This document shows positions 39,079 through 48,797 of a stretch of 64,000 nt of DNA, in pieces. The stretch covers positions 906,411 through 970,410 of the forward strand of contig OZ245054.1 of the NCBI GenBank assembly GCA_965224715.1, read 5' to 3'. A program made the position numbers and the translations under genes. The DNA is from Spirochaetota bacterium (GTDB lineage Bacteria; Spirochaetota; UBA12135; COTS27; CAXSBA01). Positions within the stretch are counted from its first letter, which is position 1. Each line of letters starts with the position of its first letter. The notes beneath the pieces are model-generated. The model searched no databases, was not told where the DNA came from, and saw only the letters and a program-made list of their open reading frames with translations.

Positions 39079-42048
39079 ATGAATCATTTAGAGCGATTAA
39101 ACCAACAATACCAGGAAACTGTAAGTAAGTGTAATGAATGCCGTCCTATAAGGAAGTCTAATCAATTTTATGGGGTAGGCCCGATCACCAATTTGGCTCT
39201 TGATGAGATGGATGGTCGAATGAAAAAATTAGAATTCGAAAAGTGGGTAGAGGAGAATTACCTAAAATACGATGACAAAGGAAATCTCATCGGGAATTTT
39301 ACTGTATCCGAACTCAATCGGAGTATGCACAGGGGATATCCTGCCGACAAAATTTTATTGGATATGGTGAGAGGAATTCATAGCTATTTTGAATTTCCCA
39401 AAAAAAACAAAATGGCTATTGGGCTTGGTGGGGGACATAGTGGCTTCACTGTGGCTGCTATGCATCTTATGAACGCTAATGACGAAAAGCAAATCGTCTT
39501 TGTGGACACTCCTAAGCCTGAATCAGAATTGGCATCAGCCGGTGGTTTTTTTAGACAATCCTGGGGCACCCAACTCATGGAAATGCAAAAATATGCCAAA
39601 AAGGGAAATACTGAAAGGATACTGTTTGCCAACAGTGAAGGAACGATCCCACCTGCACGGGAATTAAAGAACAAAGGGGTAAAATTATTTTTTGGAGTTG
39701 GGCACGAAACCACCGGTGCCACAACCTATACCGAAAAAGAAATCGAAAATTTGTTGGAATGGATAGAGGATAATCTGGCAGAACATCATGCGGTAATTGA
39801 TGCTACCTCTTTATTAGGCTCAATGGTATGGAGCAACAAAGTAATCAAACGGCTTTTGGATCGATGCAATATGTTTATGCCTTTCCAAAAAGCTATCGGA
39901 GGTGTGTCTGGTTACTTCAGTTTAGTATTGACCCCAGAAACATTAGCATTAATTGAGAGAAACTTGTCTAATCCATCGTGGGCTGTTCCCCGGCAATTAA
40001 AATTAACACCACCCGATAATCCCAAAAAGCCTCTTTCCGGAACCTACTCAACTAAGATGGGACCTATTTATGATCCGGTAAACGATAGAATGCAGGGTGG
40101 AATCATTAACACCTTCAGTAATTTAGCCCTTGCAGAAACTACATTTGCGATAATCCAGAGTAAGAAAGTCATTGGACCTGTTTCTAAAATGAACGAACGA
40201 TCTTTAAAAAACAGAGCACTTGTTGATAAATGGATTGTCGAAAACGAACTTTTTGAGCATGGGGTAACTACCCCCGAATCCCGTGGGTCTGCGGTTACTT
40301 TATTAAAAGTGAATGACCCTGAAATAACCGACCCAACCATTCACGCCGATATTATTCAAAAAGCCAAACAAATCCTCAGTTATGAAGGGATCACCCATTC
40401 AGACGGTAATCACGAACCCGGACTAGATGCAGCTAGGTATATTAATGCTTTCCCGGGTACTCCAGGAGATTTTCGAGCTTGGATAGGGGGTATCCGTAGT
40501 GAAGATGAAATTAAAACCTTTTTGGAGAATTTAAAGTATGCCTACTTTAAAGCTAAGTCGATTTATCTGGAGGAACAATTAGCAAAAGCTGGAAAAAAAA
40601 TTACCGATCATAATCCATCGAAAGAGACAACTTCCGGAAACAATCCAGAAAAAACATATAAAGTTCTAATCGCTGACTTGGTTGGTCTTAAATTAAATGA
40701 AAACGGACAGCCCGACTGTTCAGAATTAAAACAATATATTGAGGAAAAAGAAGGACGGTTTCACCTTGGCTGTGCCACAGATCATTTGAATCCAGAAAAA
40801 GGGAAGATTCATTTTTATTACTTATCGGATTTAAGCAGGGAGGAAGCAATTCTAAAAGAAACTGAAGCCGGAAAATACGATGCTTTGATAGCTACATCCA
40901 CAAAAATATCGGCAGAATGCAAATTTCCTCTAGGTGGGGTAAGAATTGGAGTGAGCACTGTAAATATGGGCTCAGTTAGTTGGGGTGGTGGAAGTGGTAC
41001 AGGTGGCGAAGCCCCACTTATGAACACTCCTGGACTTAATGGGGGTGTTGCCGCTCATGTTGCTTTCAAAGCTTTACTGAAAGTTCGTTCCGATTTAAAA
41101 TATTCAGAGATACATCAACAGATTATAGCTGGTAACTTCAATGCTGGGAAACATCTTAAAGACTACTCTTATACCCAAATTGAGGGGAAAAAGATGGCCG
41201 TCCTCGGATATGGTAATGTTGGTCGAGAAATGGCTAAACTTGCCTCAGCTTTCAAAATGAATGTGATTGTTTACGCACGACCCATACATCGGGAATGGAT
41301 TGAATCGGAGGGATACGAATACGCTGAAACTGTTTTAGTCGCTGCTACCCATGCCGATGTTCTTTCCTCCCACCTTGGATTGGGGAAACTGGATGCTGCT
41401 ACAGGTAATTTTTCTAATGCAGAGATAATTAATTCCCAAATCCTTTCGGCTATGAATGATGGCGGTGTTTTGATTCATTATGATCACGGAGAACTTGTTG
41501 AGGTCAATGCTCTTGAGAAAGCACTCACTAGTGGAAAACTCTCCCATGTGGCTATCGATGCTGACTTTTTCATTAAGCCGGATAAAAGCCTATCCGGTCA
41601 TCTTGCTCTTTATAGAAAACTCCTGGATCAGTATCCCGATAAATTAGAGTTGCTTTCCCATGCAGTTTTAGACACTGAGCATGCCTCCCGAGTAGAAGGA
41701 GCTAAACAGGCGGTTGATCAAATTATGGATTGTATTCGCACTAAGACGGTTGTAAACCTTGTCGGTGATATGCCACAAGGCTATGTCAACGGGGGGAGTA
41801 AGTCGCTATTGAATATGGGCAAAGCAACCCCGACTGACTTCAAACGACTATCCGATGATGAGTTAAAAAAAATCCGAAAGCTCACAGAAGGTATTTACGC
41901 TTTTTGGAGTTCGATGGAATCGATGAAAGATACAGCTTCAAGAACATCAATTGTTAAAAAATATGCTAAACAGGCAATTCTCGATTCCAATACTTTGGCT
42001 AGCCAACTCAGAAAGTTTGGCCTTACCGGTCCTTTTATTCAGGAATAA
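39079..42048 (+). CDS. Fusion protein: N-terminal phosphoserine-aminotransferase-like (class V aminotransferase, SerC-like) domain plus C-terminal D-2-hydroxyacid dehydrogenase (SerA/PdxB-like) domains
   Basis: N-terminus: KMAIGLGGGHSGFTVAAMHLM (cf. SerC [21 protein letters not shown]), GVGHETTGAT (cf. CPNETIDG), FQKAIGG (PLP-Lys region AQKNIG). C-terminus: KYDALIATSTKISAECKFPLGGVRIGVSTVNMGSV (SerA substrate domain) and KKMAVLGYGNVGREMAKLA (NAD GxGxxG). Confidence 0.5.
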   Translation: MNHLERLNQQYQETVSKCNECRPIRKSNQFYGVGPITNLALDEMDGRMKKLEFEKWVEENYLKYDDKGNLIGNFTVSELNRSMHRGYPADKILLDMVRGIHSYFEFPKKNKMAIGLGGGHSGFTVAAMHLMNANDEKQIVFVDTPKPESELASAGGFFRQSWGTQLMEMQKYAKKGNTERILFANSEGTIPPARELKNKGVKLFFGVGHETTGATTYTEKEIENLLEWIEDNLAEHHAVIDATSLLGSMVWSNKVIKRLLDRCNMFMPFQKAIGGVSGYFSLVLTPETLALIERNLSNPSWAVPRQLKLTPPDNPKKPLSGTYSTKMGPIYDPVNDRMQGGIINTFSNLALAETTFAIIQSKKVIGPVSKMNERSLKNRALVDKWIVENELFEHGVTTPESRGSAVTLLKVNDPEITDPTIHADIIQKAKQILSYEGITHSDGNHEPGLDAARYINAFPGTPGDFRAWIGGIRSEDEIKTFLENLKYAYFKAKSIYLEEQLAKAGKKITDHNPSKETTSGNNPEKTYKVLIADLVGLKLNENGQPDCSELKQYIEEKEGRFHLGCATDHLNPEKGKIHFYYLSDLSREEAILKETEAGKYDALIATSTKISAECKFPLGGVRIGVSTVNMGSVSWGGGSGTGGEAPLMNTPGLNGGVAAHVAFKALLKVRSDLKYSEIHQQIIAGNFNAGKHLKDYSYTQIEGKKMAVLGYGNVGREMAKLASAFKMNVIVYARPIHREWIESEGYEYAETVLVAATHADVLSSHLGLGKLDAATGNFSNAEIINSQILSAMNDGGVLIHYDHGELVEVNALEKALTSGKLSHVAIDADFFIKPDKSLSGHLALYRKLLDQYPDKLELLSHAVLDTEHASRVEGAKQAVDQIMDCIRTKTVVNLVGDMPQGYVNGGSKSLLNMGKATPTDFKRLSDDELKKIRKLTEGIYAFWSSMESMKDTASRTSIVKKYAKQAILDSNTLASQLRKFGLTGPFIQE

Positions 42049-42291
42049 TCTTGTTTGATTTTTTATCAAGGTATGGGTGCGATGATAACCTTTGTAAAGG
42101 AAATGCTTCCCCAACTCCTGTAAACTGAAGTAGAAGTCAGATAGTTTAGATAATTTATATTATTTATTTGCCATTGGAAGTAGGGAGTCCCAGAACTCCC
42201 TCCGATTGGGAAAAGCCTCCTCTTACACAATTGCTCCCCATTTCAACAAAAGAGAAAATTAAATCTTGAAAATCGTTTAGGAATGATTTCT

Positions 42292-42807
42292 TTATTCTTT
42301 GTAACCATAAACTCGGCTGGTTTTGCCGTTTTTATCCCATAAAGGATAACCGGAAAATTTCCAACGAAAAATTCCTCCTTTCAGGCTTAAGAAACGAAAC
42401 TTTGAGTCTCGCTTTTGTAATTTAAGGTATTTAGTGGTTTTTTCTACAAAAGTTGAAGAGCGTACCCCAACCGAACAGTAAAACACAACAGTTTTATCAT
42501 GTAGCTTTTTGTCATATTTTTTAAAGAAGTCTTTTATTTGGGTTTTTGGATTGATTTGTATTGAGTCTTTGATATGAGATATATCATATTCCTCTTTTTC
42601 TCTTACGTCGAAAAGTAAATATTTTTTCTTGTCTTTATCTAACTCTTTTTTTAAAACTTTAGCCTCTATTTGTTCAATGTCAAAAACTTGGTTTACATAG
42701 GCCTCAGCTATGGAAATTGTAGTCGCACTAGTCGCATAAGACATTGGGGATGCAAGAAAAAGTATTCCGACCATGACCTTCAAGTAAAAAAAAATAATTT
42801 TATTCAT
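42292..42807 (-). CDS. Secreted rhodanese-domain sulfurtransferase
   Basis: Signal peptide plus rhodanese active-site loop FYCSVGVRSS. Confidence 0.65.
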   Translation of the reverse strand: MNKIIFFYLKVMVGILFLASPMSYATSATTISIAEAYVNQVFDIEQIEAKVLKKELDKDKKKYLLFDVREKEEYDISHIKDSIQINPKTQIKDFFKKYDKKLHDKTVVFYCSVGVRSSTFVEKTTKYLKLQKRDSKFRFLSLKGGIFRWKFSGYPLWDKNGKTSRVYGYKE

Positions 42808-43109
42808 ATATGAATAATACTCCTTGTCCCTTTCCCAATAGGATTATCAAAGGAAATTATTGATAGTATATCATAGATTCAGAGGACTATAATATCTAGA
42901 TTTATCATTAATAGTCCAAAAAATTTGACGGAAATTTATTTTTTTTCGTTAAATTAGAAAGGCTGTTTTATTATTCACTTGTTTTCCCGTCCTTATAGTA
43001 TTATATTCTTATTATCATATTGTTATTATCTTCAAAATTTTTTATTTAGAAGAGATACGGAATAAATGTTACAATTTATAGTAATGGCACTATACTTCAA
43101 AAATTATCT

Positions 43110-44609
43110 TTGATTAAACCGTTAATTGAATCAATCATTACTCTTCAAGAAATATTTATTATGAAAACAATCGGGTTAATGTTCTTATGTGCCCTAGCTT
43201 TATGGCCATTACCCCTTCAGGCTCAAACGGTATTAGATCTTTCTATAGTCGAATATATTGAAAAAGTTCGAGAAAACCATCCTAAAATCAAGATTGAAGA
43301 AATAAATCCTGAAATTAAAAAGTCCATCTATGAAGAACATCCGGTAGTATCAGGATTTGGAGGGGCTTTCACGGCTGGCTATCAACAAAATTTTAATAAC
43401 ACTTCCTTAAAAAACGAAAGTAAATCTTTTAATTTTGGCTGGGCCTATAAACTTCTACAATCAGGAACCTCTTTTGGAATAAATTTTAACAATGTTCGGT
43501 CTCCTAGCTCCACCATGGGAACCGATCTCTGGAATACGACAGCTACTCTTTCCCTCGAGCAACCTTTACTTTTCAATGGATTGCTTGGAGATAATGTCAA
43601 TGCCCATGATATTAAGCGATACGAATATGAAATCAGCCAAGTGAGTTCCGAGTTAACCATGTCCCAAATTATTCTCCAAGCCCTCCTCCTTTATCGAAGA
43701 TATGAGATCACCAAGGAAATCAATAATCTTTCCAAGGAGCTTCTTAAAAGTGCCCGGGAGATTTTTGACTTCAATCGGAAGAGGGTAAAGATTGGAACCG
43801 TCAGTCGTTCCGATATCCTCAACTCAGAAAGTCAAATCATCAAAAACCAAATCGATATTCAGAACTCTGATAACAACCTTATCCAACTTCAAGAATCCAT
43901 CCTTTACAATATGGGTTATGGGGAAGAGAGTAGCAAGAATATCAAATTAAAATTTTCTGACAATCCCAATATTTCTAAATTCCAAAAAGTGAACTTTCAA
44001 GAGGTCTGGAATGTAGCTTCTCGAGAAAGAAAAGAGTTTCAACTTTATTCCTTGCAATTAGCAGCTGCGGAGAATGCTATTAGCTTGGGAAAGAAGGCTG
44101 TATTTCCTCAGCTCAATGCCTTTCTCAACTACAGTTTTCTCGGTCAAGACAGTTCTCTGGGAGAATCTTATAACGATACCTTCAGTGGTTTTTCCTTCGA
44201 CAACACCGACCTTACTGTTGGGGTTAATCTAATCCTCAGTACTGACATCTCTAAATATCGGCTAGCTTCCCAAAGACCCAATCAAAACAAGGAGTTAGCG
44301 GAAAGGTCATTGATTGATTTTCAAAACAATCTTCGAAACGATCTACGGGTTAAGGTGAGAAATTTCAATAATGCCTATGATGTTTATAAAAAAAATCAGA
44401 AGGTAGAGGCTTTAACCAGTGAACGTTATTCCATCTCCAGAAAAGAATATTTTATCGGAAAACTTGATTATCCTCGTCTCCTCCAAGTGGAACAGGAGTT
44501 AAAGCAGGCCACTATCAACTATCTTAACAGTAAGATTGCCTATTATCTGGCGGAATTAGAACTGGAAAACTCTCAAGGAATTGTTCTAAAAAAGTACGGC
44601 ATCGAATAA
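43110..44609 (+). CDS. TolC-family outer membrane efflux protein; likely start at 43161 (MKTIGLMFLCALALWPLPLQAQ)
   Basis: Signal peptide and two helical/beta repeat halves typical of OEP family proteins. Positioned immediately upstream of an RND pump. Confidence 0.65.
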   Translation: MIKPLIESIITLQEIFIMKTIGLMFLCALALWPLPLQAQTVLDLSIVEYIEKVRENHPKIKIEEINPEIKKSIYEEHPVVSGFGGAFTAGYQQNFNNTSLKNESKSFNFGWAYKLLQSGTSFGINFNNVRSPSSTMGTDLWNTTATLSLEQPLLFNGLLGDNVNAHDIKRYEYEISQVSSELTMSQIILQALLLYRRYEITKEINNLSKELLKSAREIFDFNRKRVKIGTVSRSDILNSESQIIKNQIDIQNSDNNLIQLQESILYNMGYGEESSKNIKLKFSDNPNISKFQKVNFQEVWNVASRERKEFQLYSLQLAAAENAISLGKKAVFPQLNAFLNYSFLGQDSSLGESYNDTFSGFSFDNTDLTVGVNLILSTDISKYRLASQRPNQNKELAERSLIDFQNNLRNDLRVKVRNFNNAYDVYKKNQKVEALTSERYSISRKEYFIGKLDYPRLLQVEQELKQATINYLNSKIAYYLAELELENSQGIVLKKYGIE

Positions 44610-44632
44610 TCCCTTATCCTCTAACTCTATTT

Positions 44633-47600
44633 ATGATTGAATTTTTCATTAGACAACATAAGATGATGAATCTGGTTTTGATCGGAATCATCGTTATCGG
44701 GGCGTATTATTTCGTAATCGGACAAAAAGAAGGTTTCCCTAATATCGGCTTGGATCAAGTTTATATCAGTACCTCCTATCCGGGAGTGTCAGCCAAAGAT
44801 ATAGATACCCTTATTACTTCCAAGATTGAAGATGCCATTGAATCTGTAGATGGCATTAAAGATATAAAATCTACTTCTTCACAAGGACAATCCACCATTA
44901 TTGTTTCTATCGATACTGTGAACAGTGGTGTGGATTTGGATACGGTAGCTAGTAAAATTCGTGATAAGATCGATCTTATTAAGAAAGACCTTCCCGCAAA
45001 TTTGGATTCCGATCCAGTGGTTCAAACTATCTCTTTTGCCGAAGTTATGCCCATCATCCAAGTTTTCATAGCCGGCGATCTTGATTTTAATGAATTGAAA
45101 AAGATAGCCGATCAATTCAGTACTCGGATGGGCAATGTTTCCGGGGTTAGTAAAACCGAAAAAGTCAATTATCCCAAAACTCAGGTATGGGTCTCTATCG
45201 ATCCACAAAAACTGGAGAAATACGAAATCGATATAAGTGAAGTGGGCAATGCGGTTAGAGCTGCCAATCTCAATATGCCCAGCGGAACCATCAAAGATAA
45301 TAATGAAGAGATCATTATTAAGACCTGGAATCCTCTCCAAAATGTTTCAGACATTGAAAGCATCATTATCCGTGGTAATGATAACTTTCAATCGATTCGT
45401 ATTAAGGGTTTAGCACGAACTGAAGTAACCTCGGAAACGCTTAGAGAAATTATTGAAAGTGACGGGAAAGCTGGAATAGGGGTTAGCGTTTTCAAAAGTT
45501 TGAATGGAGATGTGATTGATGTTGCCGATGCTACCAAAGATTTGATTAAGGAATTTCAAGAACTATATCCAAACCTTACCATCTTCCATATTCAAGATAT
45601 TTCTTTTTATGTGAAAAGACGGCTCAATGTTTTGGGTAATAATGCTACTATTGGGCTTCTCTTGGTTTTTCTCTGTCTCATCATCTTTTTTGAATTCCGA
45701 GTCACTTTTTGGACCACATTGGGTATCCCGGTATCTTTATGTTTTGCCCTTATTGCCTGTTATCAATTGGGGATCACCCTTAACCTTATGAGTATGTTTG
45801 GTTTTATTATTGTTCTTGGGATGTTGGTTGATGATGCTATTATCGTCTCGGAAAATATCTATCAAAAATACGAGAAGGGGATGCCCTTGATGGAGGCTGC
45901 TGTCAGCGGTGCTCAGGAGATGTTAATTCCGATTCTCGCTATTGTGGCCACCACCATGGCCTCTTTCCTGCCCTTGATGACCCTTCCTGATATTTTTGGA
46001 AAAGTTTTAGGAATTATTCCCCAGGTTGTCGTTTTAGCGATGATCGCCTCTTTTCTGGAGTCCCTCCTCATCCTTCCCGGACATATCGCTCATATGAGAG
46101 ATCGAAACATCGGTCGTAAAGAACATCAAGGCGAACTCCAGAAACAATTTATCGAGTCCCCCTATAATATAAGCAATGAGACAGTGCCGGACTTTTCCAA
46201 TGTAGCTGCTCTTTCAGTTCATGGAAAGTTGGGGCAAAAACAAAAAAAGCCTCCCCAAGAAAAAAGACAATGGTTCAATAAACTACGTAATTTTTATATC
46301 AACCTGATTACACGACTCACCTTGAGACCGGTTCTCAGCGCTACTTTTATTCTGTTGTTGTCCATTGCGATCCTTTTGGGTCTTGGTAGTCAACTTAGGT
46401 TCGTTTTCTTTCCCGGTGAGGCTGAGGATATCATTCTCAATATCAAATTGGATAAGAAAGCACCCATTGAAAAAACCCAAGCCGCATTACGGAAATTGGA
46501 AAGACAATTACGTGTCCAATTAGGTAATGATGTACGAGAGTATTTTTCCACAGCTGGGTCAACCCAAGAAATTGACCAAGCTAATAAATTAACGAGGAGC
46601 TATGTGGGTAATGTTTATATGAATATCTACCCTAGTGAAGAACGGAAATACAGTGTTGGGGAGATCACTAAAATTATGGAAGATACCGCGGCAACCGTTC
46701 CGGAAGTGAAAGAAGCCTATGTTGTTGCCTTCGCAGGTGGTCCACCCGCAGGAAACCCGGTGGAAGTAGAGATGTTCTTTGACAATATCGAGTCTATGGG
46801 TAAAGCTAAACTCATGGCAGATAAAATGAAAGAATTTATCTCGGGTATCCCTAATACCACTTCAGAAACAGTGAGTTATGAAGAGGGTAAAGAAGAAATT
46901 ATCCTCACTCCTAATATTGATCGTGCTATAGTCTATGGGATAAATCTAGATAAAATCGGTACTATCGTAGGCTCTTCTTTTCAAGACTTCCCAGTTACCA
47001 CGATTAATGATTTTACCGGAGTGGATGGAGAGGTGGAAGTGGTGGTTAAATTAGATGAAGAGAAGGTAACTCAGTCCACTGTTACCAACCTCATGGTCAA
47101 GAGTTTGTTCGGGAAGAATTTAGGGCTTGATAATTTTGTTACCGCAAATACTATTGTGGGTGAAGGCCGAATCACTAAGGAAAATGGCCGCTATACATTG
47201 AAGGTAGCCTCCCAATTAGAAGATGTCGAAGCTAAAGAATATACTGGACAGAAGATCAATCAAGAAATCAAGAAAAAAATCCCGGAATGGGAAAAAGAAT
47301 TTCCGGAAGCAGATTTTCTTTTAGGTGGAGAACAAGAAGAACAACAGAAACTCATGTTTGGAGGAATTCGTGCTTTCCTTCTCTCACTTTTCGGAGTACT
47401 CTTAGTGTTAGTAACAATTTTCAGGAGTTACCTCCAACCCTTCATTATCATGAGTGTTCTGCCATTTATCACTGTAGGGGCGACGATCGGTCTTTTTATC
47501 AATGATGTTCCCGTTGGTCTTATGCCCCTCTTGGGGATGGTGGCTCTCACCGGAGTGGTGGTCAACGACTCCATCGTTATGGTCAATCTTATCAATAAAA

Positions 47601-47878
47601 AACGTCTTCATGATCACCACCGACCTCTCCGAGAAATTGTGATTGAATCTGCCGGGCAACGGCTTCGAGCTATTCTTATGACCACCATCACCACTATCGT
47701 AGGGCTTATTCCTATCGCTTATGGAATTGGGGGAGAAGAGCCCTTCATTGCTCCCATGGCCATTACTTTTCTTTGGGGAATGGTCTTCTCGTCATTGATG
47801 ATCCTTCTCCTCATTCCCAACTTCTATTTGATCATTGATAAGATCAGGCATTTTCCCTCCCGCTTTCGTAAATCTTAA
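44633..47878 (+). CDS. RND-superfamily efflux permease (AcrB/HAE1-like, 1081 aa)
   Basis: 12-TM, two-large-loop architecture. GMLVDDAIIVSENI matches the AcrB motif; GMVALTGVVVNDSIVMVN is the second pseudo-repeat. Confidence 0.8.
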   Translation: MIEFFIRQHKMMNLVLIGIIVIGAYYFVIGQKEGFPNIGLDQVYISTSYPGVSAKDIDTLITSKIEDAIESVDGIKDIKSTSSQGQSTIIVSIDTVNSGVDLDTVASKIRDKIDLIKKDLPANLDSDPVVQTISFAEVMPIIQVFIAGDLDFNELKKIADQFSTRMGNVSGVSKTEKVNYPKTQVWVSIDPQKLEKYEIDISEVGNAVRAANLNMPSGTIKDNNEEIIIKTWNPLQNVSDIESIIIRGNDNFQSIRIKGLARTEVTSETLREIIESDGKAGIGVSVFKSLNGDVIDVADATKDLIKEFQELYPNLTIFHIQDISFYVKRRLNVLGNNATIGLLLVFLCLIIFFEFRVTFWTTLGIPVSLCFALIACYQLGITLNLMSMFGFIIVLGMLVDDAIIVSENIYQKYEKGMPLMEAAVSGAQEMLIPILAIVATTMASFLPLMTLPDIFGKVLGIIPQVVVLAMIASFLESLLILPGHIAHMRDRNIGRKEHQGELQKQFIESPYNISNETVPDFSNVAALSVHGKLGQKQKKPPQEKRQWFNKLRNFYINLITRLTLRPVLSATFILLLSIAILLGLGSQLRFVFFPGEAEDIILNIKLDKKAPIEKTQAALRKLERQLRVQLGNDVREYFSTAGSTQEIDQANKLTRSYVGNVYMNIYPSEERKYSVGEITKIMEDTAATVPEVKEAYVVAFAGGPPAGNPVEVEMFFDNIESMGKAKLMADKMKEFISGIPNTTSETVSYEEGKEEIILTPNIDRAIVYGINLDKIGTIVGSSFQDFPVTTINDFTGVDGEVEVVVKLDEEKVTQSTVTNLMVKSLFGKNLGLDNFVTANTIVGEGRITKENGRYTLKVASQLEDVEAKEYTGQKINQEIKKKIPEWEKEFPEADFLLGGEQEEQQKLMFGGIRAFLLSLFGVLLVLVTIFRSYLQPFIIMSVLPFITVGATIGLFINDVPVGLMPLLGMVALTGVVVNDSIVMVNLINKKRLHDHHRPLREIVIESAGQRLRAILMTTITTIVGLIPIAYGIGGEEPFIAPMAITFLWGMVFSSLMILLLIPNFYLIIDKIRHFPSRFRKS

Positions 47879-47891
47879 CTAATCCTTTACG

Positions 47892-48563
47892 ATGAAAAAA
47901 AAAATCTATGCCGCTTGGTTTTCCGGTAAGGAAAAATCGGCGGTTTTTTATGATAGTTGGGAAGCCTGTAAGCCTCAAGTGGAAGGGGTTTCCGGTATCC
48001 GTTATCGGGGTTTCCTAGACCGAAAACATGCTGAGGAATTTTTGGGAATCACCCCCTCCGATCACGGTCTGGATATTCCCGATGATACCTTGTTTCGAGA
48101 TAAAGAGGCTGAAAATACCCTCATTATTTATGTGGATGGCTCTTTTCAAGAGGGCACTCCTTATGCCGGATGGGCTTGGGTGGCTCTCACCCATCATAAT
48201 CAAAAAGATACCTTGGTTGGAGAAGATTATGGCATAACCGCAGAACCAGCCCTAAGCCGCAATATCGACGGGGAAATCACTGCAGTGTTGGAATCGGTGA
48301 AATGGGTGGAAAATTATCTGCCTACCCAAAAAAGTGATTGGCAAAAAACCAAGGTGGTTGTTCTCTATGACTATCAGGGAATAGAATCCTGGGCTATGGG
48401 GAAATGGAAAGCCAAAACCCTCATCAGTCAACATTACCAAAAAGAGATGATCCCTTACCGAAATTATATCCATTTCCACAAAGTTTCTGCTCATTCCGGT
48501 AAAAAATGGAATGAATACGTGGACCGACTGGCCAAGGAAGCAGTTTGGAAGTTGAAAGGATAG
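47892..48563 (+). CDS. rnhA: RNase H type 1 with N-terminal hybrid-binding (caulimovirus viroplasmin-like) domain
   Basis: HBD: KIYAAWFSGKEKSAVFYDSWEACKPQVEGVSGIRYRGFLDRKHAEEFL. RNase H core: IYVDGS...GEITAV...HKVSAHSGKKWNEYVDRLAKEA. Confidence 0.7.
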   Translation: MKKKIYAAWFSGKEKSAVFYDSWEACKPQVEGVSGIRYRGFLDRKHAEEFLGITPSDHGLDIPDDTLFRDKEAENTLIIYVDGSFQEGTPYAGWAWVALTHHNQKDTLVGEDYGITAEPALSRNIDGEITAVLESVKWVENYLPTQKSDWQKTKVVVLYDYQGIESWAMGKWKAKTLISQHYQKEMIPYRNYIHFHKVSAHSGKKWNEYVDRLAKEAVWKLKG

Positions 48564-48667
48564 TAAGGCGTTAATTCTGATGATCGAAAGACAAAGATTC
48601 CCTACTACTTTTAATAATAAAATTTGGAGAAAAACTGATACTTAGTTTATTTAATATTTACTAAAAC

Positions 48668-48752
48668 TAAAAAATGGGCAGTTAAGGATGCCCAGCCTTG
48701 CAGTATGAACTTTATTATAGTCCACTTACCAAAGATATTGTATCATTAATTT
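48668..48752 (-). ncRNA. Candidate tracrRNA (anti-repeat, linker, GC hairpin, U-tract)
   Basis: Minus strand reads AUGAUACAAUAUCUUUGGUAAGUGGACUAUAAU (complementary, with a bulge and G:U pairs, to the minus-sense repeat GTTATAGCCCACTTACCACC...). Then aaaguucauacugcaaggcu, then GGGCAuccuuaacUGCCC, then AUUUUUU. Confidence 0.55.
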
Positions 48753-48797
48753 ACAGTTGGATTAATAAATTTTTTTGAAATTTACAAAGGAGTCATT

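Noticed and set aside
42183-42200. Inverted repeat gggagt-cccagaa-actccc between convergent genes as a bidirectional terminator
   Set aside because: There is no flanking T or A tract on either strand, so it is too weak to call.
48744-48780. Plus-strand hairpin ATTAAT-ttacagttgg-ATTAAT followed by T7, as a terminator of a plus-strand tracrRNA
   Set aside because: The stem is AT-only and self-palindromic, so it is weak. The minus-strand alternative has a GC stem (GGGCA/TGCCC) plus U6. Its anti-repeat pairs with the GTT-initial (minus-sense) repeat, whose polarity is independently supported by the repeat-embedded extended -10.
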